A DNA stretch of 64,000 nt. It comes from Gnetum montanum (Eukaryota; Plantae; Gnetophyta). Positions 53,464-64,000 of the stretch are shown in pieces. Where the stretch lies: contig MNCI01001882.1 in the NCBI GenBank assembly GCA_015680685.1, positions 62,001-126,000 of the forward strand, read 5' to 3'. The translations under genes and the position numbers were made by a program. The notes beneath the pieces are model-generated. The model was not told the DNA's origin. It did not search any database and saw only the letters and a program-made list of their open reading frames with translations. How positions within the stretch are numbered: position 1 is the stretch's first letter; each line of letters starts with the position of its first letter.

Positions 53464-56400
53464 ATGGATTCTACGCATACAACCACTGCTGCTATGATCA
53501 CCACTGACTTGGGTGCCACAACCATAAATCCCATCACCGTTCCTAAATCAACTTTCGGTGCAACAGGACCTCAGGGACCATCGCATTGTTCATTGAGATT
53601 ACAAGGTAGGGATCCTTCATTCACTGTCTTGACTCCTGAAGAGTATAATTTCATTTGGGTCAAGATCTAGGCAAAGCTTGCCCTTAGCTGAGCTGAGATG
53701 GAAGAAAAATGAAATTACGAGCTGATCTACAAAGGGGGTCAAGCCTTCACCCCTACTACATATGACATCATCCCCCTTACCAATCATTATCATGAACTCC
53801 TATCCCAACTGATTATGGCTAAGAATTCAATTACACAGTCTACTCTAGAGCCTCAAAACAAGGAGGAGGAGGAAGATGAATTCGTAGCTCAGTCTGAACA
53901 CATGGATTCATACCATACCCTCAACCCCCATACATATGTGAATCCCCTATTTAATCCTCTCACCGAAGAAGCTGCCCATCTCAACCCAATCATGACCACC
54001 CAAACACATATTCCCATCGTCTGGTAGGCCACCACGAAATCCTCGGTCTTGTAGGTACAAATTCCACCTTAAAATAACATGGGAGTAACCCCCTCGCCAC
54101 ATGTAATCAGGATTCCGTCGATGATACCTGCATCTACTGCCCCCCATTTCATTTCCCAAGCGTAGGTCCATACCACACCTATAACCCACCCGGTGCAAAT
54201 CCTGGTGAAAACCTTATTGTCGTAGCCCATTGCAAGGCAACAGATTGCAACCACCATTCAATCGCAGTGACCTGTTCAACAACCTACGGCTGGTTAGTGG
54301 ATCACACCTATTGCACAACACAATTAATCTGTGTTCTATGGTGTGCAACCCTTGGCTGCATCTACCACACATGTCCCGTAGGTAACTGCAGAACATCCTT
54401 ACACCTTCCATCCTACACATCCAGCGACAGCCAATTTTTTTGCACAGCCTATCGGGTGGTGGATTTCACAGGCAACTCCGTCCGTGGGGACAGTCCCCAT
54501 CACGCCGTTTGTCAGCCACGCTATTGCTTCCTTTCCATTACCTGGTACTACTCTTCCAGCCCAACCCCCTGCTCCTCCAGTGCCAACTTCGTCATCAACA
54601 AGTCTGGATCAATATTTTTTGCTTATTCAGACCCTCACCGAGGAATTTAAGAGCCTTAAAGCTGCTGGCTCTAATACAATACAAGTCATGGATTTCTACC
54701 ATGATGACCCCATCAGCCTAGTAGTCCCCATGTTGTTGTTGCCTCTAGGGATGTCTTTGCCCCATTTTACTAAATACAATGAGGAAGGTGATCCTAATGC
54801 TCATCTCGTTACCTTTAGGTCTGAATCCTTGCTACTACAACAATGGCCCCATACGATTATTCGTGTCTTCGCAATTTCTCTGGTAGGTAAGGCCTTGGCC
54901 TGGTATCGAGCACTCCCTCGCTCTTCCATCTCAACCTTGGAAGAGCTTCTAACACAATTTGTGACTCACTTTAAATACAATTTAAAGCTAGAAGTCACAT
55001 TAGATCAACTTATGGAAGTGAAACAAGACCTGCTCGAGCTAGTCCAAAAGTTTATATAGCGATGGAGTGCTACTCTGAATGAAATCTATGAGCCTATCAT
55101 GAAAGCCCATCTGTTGGCTATTTTCAAAGGAGAAGTTAACGACTTCATCAAGTCTAAACTATACTACCTTGCCCCTCGCTCCCTGAGTCAAGCCTTCACG
55201 CAAACTAACAGCATCCAATATACTGTGGAGGCTAGCAAAGACCCAGTGTATGTGGCCTATAAGAAAGCCAATAGTAAGGGTAAAGACAAAGGTAAAAAAA
55301 CAATGATGACAGTAGCTGTGCTGGCCGAGGGTGCCAAAAACAAGAATAACAAGAAGGCACCCACAGCGCCTACCGAGACCACGGCTAGTGCAAGCAGCAC
55401 CGGCCAAGAAGCACTTGCCCCTGAAAAGCCCTCACAGTCAAAACCAAACTTCGAGCGTAAAGATCATTCAAAATATACAGCCCTACCTATAAAGCATTTG
55501 GAACTGTTGAAACAATTATTAGGAGTAGGATATATTCAAAACAAAAAAATATCTGAAGAAGCTCTGGAGCGTCACAGGCGTCATTGTGAATTGTTGAAGA
55601 ACCCTTCTTTAGCTCTACCCAACGAACCGCCAATCCCTAAGTCTTTCAAGCTGGACCATTTTTGTGACTACCACCAGTTGTACGGTCATGACACCAATTA
55701 CTGCTAGGCGTTGAAGGATGATATTCAACACATGATTGACAATGGTTATTTGACATTAGACAATAGTAGTCCAACACGTCCCGAAAACTAGGTGATGCAT
55801 GTGTACAAAGACCCGTTAAATGTAAATAATGCAACATACACCATCAACATGGTAAGTACGGACAGAGAGGGGAAAGTATCACCTAAGAAACCCTTTGTGT
55901 TACATGTACCCATCAGTTCACCCTAGGAGCCGAGTTCTTCACCAGTAGTTGGCAGCGCCTCGAGGCCACCCTTTGTTATTCGGACGCCCTCTCAAACTAT
56001 AACTCAGTCTCACATTAACAATAAAGTCGTGGCCATGCCCACACCTACTCCTAAGGTGCCTTTTATCCTTAGGGCACAAAAACCACCAGCTGCCCCTTTT
56101 ACACAAGGGTGAGTCTCTAACCAAAACCATCAACCTCCATCCAACAAAAAAAGGGAAGGAGATGCGCCAATTAACGCAACCAAAGACCTCTCTACGCTAG
56201 GGTTTGCTAAGCCTAGGCCCCTAGCTTCTGTACCTTCACCTGCACCTTCTGGGCAAGGCAAAGGTACAGAAACATAGCCACCTCCCCTCAGTAGAAAGAA
56301 ATACAACCCTCCAACCAACTTTATTCTGCCTCGGGAAATTCATCTCTTAGGGCGAATGGAAGAAGAAAGAGGAGACAAGCAACCCAACTGAGAGTGGGAC

Positions 56401-57293
56401 CTCCTCAATGCATTTACACAAGTCAAGGAGGCTCTAAAATAGAAGAACACAACATTAAGCCTCTATGACTTGCTTATGATGTCTCAAAAGCACCATGAGG
56501 CTATGGTCCATATGCTGACATCCATACCTGTGGATGAAAGCTTACCAGTGAAAGAGGAAGCGATACATGCTGTCATGTATCCCCCCACCGCTGAGAGAGC
56601 TAAACCTACCCCATTGACCTTTTATGATGAATCCATCAAAGATGATCCTGAGAAAGTTTGAGTGATCACAGAACCCATGTTCATCACCATCCAGGTTGGT
56701 CAACATTGGATCCGAAGGGTGCACATTGACGATGGTGTAGCTACGAATGTCATCCCTTATCCTATAGTGGATAAGTTGGGCTTGGTCGACCAAATCAATC
56801 CTATGATAACATCATGCCTAAAGTTGTTCAACGATGCACGAGTTCAAGTCAAAGGGACAGTACATATCGATTTTGTGGCAGGAGACCAATTCCCAATAGA
56901 CGCCACATTTATCATCATCGAGGAGATGCCCAGCTTCAACTTGATTCTAGGGAGGTCCTGGCTAGCCCAACTGAGGGTAGTTTCATCACTGATACACCAA
57001 GAGATACACCTACCTTATAAAGGGGGAGAGGTAGTGATACATGGTGATGAAATAACTCCTAGAACCATCAATAACATCAAGGAAGAATGGGGTTTGGAAA
57101 TCGAAATGCCTGAAAATCAAACCCATGTCCAAATTCTCGAACAAGTTGAAATGACTAATGACAGCCTAGCCTAGGCCGACCTACCATTTCAAGGAGAGGA
57201 AGATGATGTGAAGGAGTCAGGTCATAGATCTCGTCACCCTTATGCACCACTTAACGTAAAAGCCATCAAAAAAAATTACGGGCTAGCGATTGA
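53464..57293 (+). pseudogene. Element C gag-protease (Tat-type), disrupted
   Basis: FTKYNEEGDPNAHLVTF..RVFAISLVGKALAWY, FCDYHQLYGHDTNYC, RVHIDDGVATNVIP, FNLILGRSWL. Collinear with B along its length, including the tail. Confidence 0.93.
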
Positions 57294-57899
57294 CCTGCGT
57301 GATATTTACGTGCATCTTTACACTTTCACTAGTTTTGCCATTTACGCTTATCATTTTTGACTGTCAGTTTTGTTTAGTATACATATATTTATGTCCTCTA
57401 TCAATTACGCCATTTATGTTTCCTAGTTTACACCATTTATTCTTCTTAACTCCTATTAGTTACATTAATACAATTACGCAAATATTTACACTTTTATCAA
57501 TTGCACTCTCTGACATACGTAAATGGCTCGCAACGACCTAAAACTAGTAAAGGCCTGCAACGGCCTAAAACTAGCAAAGGCCTAAAATGGCCCTAAACTA
57601 AAATATCTAATTTCTATCTTTACGCAAAAACCACTTAATGGCCCGGGACAGCCTCAAACTAGCAAATTCATCTATATTTTACACAAACACTATGTAACGG
57701 CCCGCAATGGCCTTAAACTAGCAACTCCATTCAACAGTCACAATAACGCCACCTACCCAAAACCCTCAATAATTCTATTTACGCTTTGTATAAATAAAAA
57801 CATAAAATTAAAAACCATAGAGAAAATTTCATGATTAATCATGCCAAAATTCATATTTTCTTTGTTCCATCTCATAAATAAAATCGTGCGTAATCATAA

Positions 57900-60800
57900 T
57901 TACGCATCCCCTCTAGCACCACTGTCTCCCGTATCGCTTAACTCTACTTCCAAGCCTAGCAAATCTTCTTCATATAGGCCATCGCTTTTAGGAAGTATTC
58001 CCTCATGAGGACCATCATCTTCATAGGGTTCTTCCACTAAAAATTTCTCCCCAAGGTGACGATCTGCGTCATTACACTCTCCTCCCTGAACGTACGCCTC
58101 ATCTTGTCCACCTTCTTCGTTCGTTTCTTGTAACTACATACAACAAGTATATCAGCAAAAGCCATGATAGGAAAATTCAGAAAATTCAAATTCAACAACA
58201 CTAAAACTTACTCGCGATGGCCTTGCATCAGTAGCAAAGGGGAGTTGATCTAAGCTGACCCACAGACGTTGCATAATCTCGTCTTTGGTCAATTTAGACC
58301 AAACCCCATTCCCCAAATTAGTTCTAGCCTTAACCTTTCCCTTCTCCACACTAGTCCACCAAGGTGGTTTGGGGAAGAAGGTAGGGACTGTGGTCTCTCC
58401 CCCAGGAAGAGTAATTTCTCTTTTCGGGGACGCGCTCATCGTCACCTGCTCCTGGAACTTCTCGAAGGCCGTAGACACACCAATGACATTGAGGAACAAT
58501 CGCAAGGATTGAGCTTCCATGGCAGAATTTTGATAATGCTAACGATAAGTGATACTTTCTTACTTATACAAATGCTTATGATCTTTCTACGTCTGTCCCA
58601 ACTCTTGGAAACTTGCACAAAAGTCCTTCTAGTATTAATTCTTCTGGGCCAAGAGCTCCATCTGCATCCTTTGCTCGACTAATTCATAACTGGTTTGTAT
58701 GTTGTTTCTGACTACAGTCCAGTAGCAAGCGTAGTCAATGACAGCTATACACCAGTCCTCTTCACCCGTTCGTCGAGCTTGCAGGAATTCACATCGTGAC
58801 CTTAAGTCTCTGACCTCTCTGGTTAGAGACATCCTTTCCTTCTCTGATCTCTGCAACTTCTTCTAGAGGTCTTCATTGACATTCTGACTTTCCCACAGGG
58901 AGTGGGTCCAACGTAATGCACATTTACGCATTTCCTCATAAATGTTGTGTGGCACGACCGTTGCTTCCGATGAGGGTTCGATGGTGACCAGGTCAATGGG
59001 CTCCAGAGAGTCCCATCGAAGGCAAGCTCCTAATGACAAATATTAGATCAAATGTAATTAAGCATTGTAACCTTATAAAAAAATAAGCATGCGATAGCTG
59101 CAACATACCACCCCCAGGATCGACGCGTTGTAAGTGCTCGATCATATCACCGATGATGCCTTCCATAAAGGAGAATTTATCAGGGAATTTTCCCCACACT
59201 TTGCTTACAATGGTGGCCGGGGAATCACCTCATTCATCTATGGTATAATTAATTCAAAAAATTTGGCTAATAAAAAAATCTCTTAAAAATATTAATAGAC
59301 TGATTACCTCTTCCTGTCCCAGTGGGAAGTGCGTCAACGTTCTCTGCCTCCACTCTCTCTTCACACACAAGGGTCTGTGCATCACTCACTCTAATAACTG
59401 GGGCCTCCTCTTCCAAACCTGGGGCCCCTTCCCCATGTTGTAACACCATAACCCCTGTCTCAGGGGTCAACTGCTTTGTAGGTCTCCCCATTCCTGCTAT
59501 ATAACACACTTAAATAATTCAAAACACCTTGAATAAGTTACGTAATACAACAATTACCATAACTTTTACTTTATCCTCTTACTTTCCAGGTGGAATTTTA
59601 CTCCACTGACACTTGACTTGTACAGTTCTGTCGGTGCCACCTGTCGGCTCCATAGGCGCCTCGGTTAGACGAGGCCTTTTACGTTGAACTGAAGCATCCA
59701 CTATTTCTGCTGCTAGGCACTTCCCCCATGACACATCACTGGTGTAAGAGGGAAGCACCCCACCTACACTATTAGAGCCTCGCATTCGAGGTGCCACCAC
59801 ATTCCTAGTTGTTATAGAAAATGACTTCCCAATTCCCTCTAGAGGATCTTGTGACTGGGTAGTGCCGAAGAGGTGGGAGATCCAGGGTTTGGATAACTGG
59901 TCTCAATCCTGTTACACCAAGACCCCATTCCTCTGGACCACCAGAAATTTGGAAAAACAATAGAGGAAAGCTATGAAAAAGGTGAAGTGTACATTGAAAC
60001 GAGACTTAAACTTTTGGCAGAGCTTGATCATTTTAGTGCATAACCCTTCGGCGAAATAGCTCACCCAATCAAATTGGGTCCATTCCTTTATCACCTCTTG
60101 CATGATATGGGCCTATTGTATGGTGAAGAACTTCCCCTACGAGAGTGTTCTGGGGAAGGCCCGGGCTTGGAAGAGGGGATAAATGGTCTTGGCAACCTCC
60201 AAATCGATCTTTTCACAAGGAATCTCCTTCGTGTCCTTCTTAGTCCCCAGCCACTCCTCCGACTCTTCCTGAAATTTGAGGCTTCTCCTTGACTTTTCTT
60301 CTATGGGAAGACCATTGGAAGGGACACTGAAAAGATCAGTAAATAGTTGAGCATCAATGTCAAAATGTACATGCACGTTACGCACACGCGTGCAAAAATG
60401 TTCAGTCCCCTTGCTGAAGGAGTTAACCAGGGTTAGCATTTCACTTGCGGGGACATCGAGAGTTACAACTAGAAACAAATGCATTAGCCTCGCCTCCCGT
60501 AGCTTAGTAACCAACATAGCTGGGGCCACCACGTGGCCGAGCCAGCGTTGTGCTTCCTTTATGTCACCATAACGGAAGAGGAGGGTGTTCGCCTCACGAC
60601 TGGAAATCATGATGGTAACTTCCCGAGATTCCCTAACTAATAACACAAGTCAAGATAGCAAAGACAATGTTATACAACATTTCAAACAATAAGATCCTGT
60701 AACTAATTGTAACGATGAAACCTTACTAGGTCTAAATGGCAAAGGAAATGGAGGAAGCTTCCTTTGCACGTTCGTGAGGGTGAGGGGCAGGTTCAAAGTC

Positions 60801-61952
60801 CATTCCTCATGTAACCATCTGAGGCTCTAACAATTCTTGAAAGAATCAGAGTAACGGGTGGGATACTTAAGAATATCAAAGGCCATCTACCCCATGACAT
60901 CGGCGCGTACATTGCTAGTGGACTTAAACTCATTTATCACCCTTTTGGTCAGGGATAATGTATCATTATTGTCCAATAACCCATTTTCATTGATAAAGAA
61001 CCTGTATCATATAATGCTTTACTATCTTACACTGTACAAGTTCAAACATTAGAAAACATATTAACATCACCGCAAGTAAAATGACTTAACTGCCTGAGTA
61101 ATACACCATGCCCGGTGGATTATGAAAGTAGGTTGAGACATGACGGGCTACGAACAAAGTGTTATAGGCATGATAACAACTAAATTTGGGCATCTCCCAA
61201 ATCCAACTTAAATGCCTCAATCCTTTGGCGCTAAGTTCGCGATCTTGAGGTCGACCAGTGTCAATAGCTCCGTCTATTAGGAAAGCCAAAACGCCCTGTG
61301 TAGAACTGACTAATAAATTTTCCAAAATGGCTATAGCCACATCACTCAGCAAATGTGACCAAATGATGATGTTATAGTTATGCAACAAAAACTGCAAGAA
61401 CTCCTGCGCACCCTTCCGGAACCATGTTGCTTTCTCTTGTAGGCGAGTTTGAGGGGGAGGAGCATTGGCTGCGGGAGGGTTTATACAACATAAAACCCTG
61501 ACTATGTCCAAAACAATTAGGATAGATTTCACCATTATGCTGTATAGAACATAAACATGTTACCATTAGATAAAATTCTAAATCTATATTTCATTGCATG
61601 CTTAGGAAAACTACAAATAATTCTTTAGCGATGCAGCCAAAATCACTTAAATCCTTGCAACAGTGCAAGGTTTGTCTTAGACAATGGCGATAGACGCAAT
61701 ACCACTATCTAAACCCTTGTTTTAATATAAGGTATATATCCCAAAACTCTAGTTTACGTAGATAACTCAAAAGAATAAACAAAAGAAAAAATATATCACC
61801 GAAAGCAATGCGAATAAGTGAGAGATGGCCTACTGATTCAGGGGAGTAACATCTCGTACTTCGACCAAGGCCTATGAAGCACGCTGTAGATTCTCCTACA
61901 CTTCATCGATTTTCACCAATTTGGCATTCTTTCCTCTCACCTTCGGCACCAT
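57900..61952 (-). pseudogene. Element C antisense 7-exon accessory gene (NIF/FCP1-like + PMD/Transposase_32-like + coiled coil + acidic tail), ~1,100 aa
   Basis: Exons: 61952-61834, 61539-61090, 61001-60727, 60636-59583, 59496-59308, 59237-58212, 58133-57900. GT..AG introns of ~70-90 bp (intron 1 ~295 bp; donor 2 mutated to TT). ILIVLDIVRVL...WFRKGAQEFLQFLLHNYNIIIWSH...LSWIW...NTLFV. Confidence 0.88.
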
Positions 61953-62424
61953 AGTTACAGTTCTGTAAACCTTCACAAATAACGAACTGCTATCTTTTGC
62001 TCTTTCTCTCTCTCTGCGACAGCTAAATTCGAATTCGCAATAGCCAACAACCTGTTTTCAATATGAACCGCTTACTTATAATATGCAAGAATAACCGACT
62101 TGATGCCCGATTAAAGTGGGACTTGCCTAAATGCTGGTGTTAGCATGAGATGGAACCCGAAGATCAAGGCATTAATGCAGTAGATATCGTATACATTACA
62201 GTCTGAAACGACCTTAAACTACTATACCTTATCACTTCGTAATCGAGTCACATTAATTACAGGCTGTTTACGATATTCAAAATTCAGTTAGCTCTTCACG
62301 CTCGACAATGTCATACCATACCTTTTCAAACTGTACCAAGCATCATATGCTAATACTTGCAGCATTTAACTTAGCATTTTTCTAATTGCTTTCATATTTG
62401 GCAATTTTGTAGGACAGTTGGCAA

Positions 62425-64000
62425 ATGGACGCAAATTTATTTACACCCCTAGCCTTAACAGGCCCACATGAGGGAATCGTTAGACAATTTGATCTCACAC
62501 TAGTAGAAACTAACCTTTCCCTCAATGATGCAACCATAGCCACATCAGAAACGTCTCTAGACTAGCCAGAACAATAGACGTGCACACTAGATTTGGAGGC
62601 TGGAGATGTAACCGAAGACCCCCTCAACGAGGTCCCTATGGTTACGCATAAAGGTGAGAACAAAACTCTTAAGGTTAGTTCTTTACTAGACCAAAAGGCA
62701 CATGACAATATAAAACAGGTGCTCTAGAATAACATCACAGTATTCGCATGGTCATATGAAGATATTCTGGGACTAGATCCAAGGCTAATACAACATAACA
62801 TAATTCTAGACCCGCATATTAAAGCGATTAGATAAAAAGTATGGAAAATTAAGCCAAAAATCATGCTAGCAGTACATGATGAGATCACTAAATTGTACCA
62901 AGCTGGTTTCATCCGCATGATCGATTACTCAGACTAGGTATCTAACATTGTAGTTGTTCCTAAGAAGACCGAAGGGATATGCATTTGCATAGACTTACAG
63001 GACTTGAACAAATCCACAATCAAGGACAACTTCCTGCTACCAAGTATTGACCAACTAGTAGATACAACTGTTGGGCATGTGCTTTTATCGTTCATGGATG
63101 GTTTTTCAAGCTATAATCAGATTTGCATCAACCCATAACACCAGCTGACCACAACATTCATGACACCCTGGGGGACCTTTTGTTACACTATTATGCCTTT
63201 TGGTTCAAAAAATTCCAGAGCTACGTATCAACGAGCTATGATGTACATCTTTAGTGATTATCTCCTAGGAAGACTGAATGATTATGTTGACAATATAGTT
63301 GTTAAGTCTATAAGGTCAGAAGATCATTTAGAGGACCTAGAGTTAGTCCTTAAAAGATGCTCTAAATACGACTTCCAGTTCAACCCAAAGAAGTGCGTAT
63401 TCGGAGTCAAAACTGGATGCATGCTAGGGTTTTTGGTGTTGGAAACTAGCATACGAGTAGACCCTAACAAGGTCAAGGCCATCATTGAGTTGACCACCCC
63501 TACAAATCTCAAGCAATTACGTGGGTTGCAAGGGCAGTTACAGTTTATCAGGCAGTTCATCTCGAAATTAACAGATAAATTACACCCTATGCAGCATCTG
63601 GTTAAGAAGGGGGTTAATTTTGAATGGACAGACGATTGTCAGCGTACATTTGACAGCTTGAAACAAGAACTTCAACGCTTGCCAACAGTATTCCCGCCAC
63701 AAAGGGATCAGCCGTTCTACATTTACCTCTTAACCTTAGACGTATCCCTAGCTACATTACTCTGTCAAAAGAAATGTGATAGGTCAGAAGTACCCATCTA
63801 CTACTTGAGTCATGCTCTATGTGCGTATGAAACGAGATATAATGAAGTAGAGCATAATTGTTTAGCATTAGTGTTTGCTCTCAAAAAGTGCAGACACTAT
63901 CTCTTCCGTAGCAAAGTTAATATAATTTGCAAGAATAACATCCTGAGAGCTATTACACACAACCTATATGAAAGTAGTAGGATAGCTCATTGGAAAGCTA
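62425..64000 (+). pseudogene. Element C pol ORF: RT and RNase H (continues beyond window), disrupted
   Basis: ATG 62425 is in frame with VFAWSYEDILGLDP, KDNFLLP, FMDGFSSYNQI, MPFGSKN, DYVDNI, KCVFGV and PIYYLS. Closely similar to element A pol. Confidence 0.95.

Overview
This is AT-rich, CpG-depleted land-plant DNA made almost entirely of nested, decayed retrotransposons. I found no intact host gene, rRNA, tRNA or CRISPR array. From left to right it contains: the 3' end of an Athila-like Ty3/gypsy element (plant-transposon ORF plus LTR 4101-4881); a ~325-bp tandem repeat split by a solo LTR (5865-7567, TSD CTATC); a minus-strand Ty1/copia relic interrupted by a full-length L1 LINE (13594-19261, 17-bp TSD) and by a gag-protease-only gypsy element; and three diverged copies (A, B, C) of a Tat-type Ty3/gypsy element. 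The main finding is the architecture shared by A, B and C. gag-protease ends at its own stop. RT-RNaseH-aRH-integrase restarts 5-6 kb later at its own conserved ATG behind a splice-acceptor-like site. The gap holds an antisense ~7-exon gene (~1,100 aa in copy C) whose intron positions and phases are conserved between copies. It encodes an FCP1/NIF-like HAD (pseudo)phosphatase domain fused to a plant-mobile-domain/Transposase_32-like region and a coiled coil. The cassette is flanked by clusters of a conserved GGCCTTAAACTAG motif, and each element carries its own array of short motifs. All domain calls come from motif recognition by eye and need HMM or structure confirmation.
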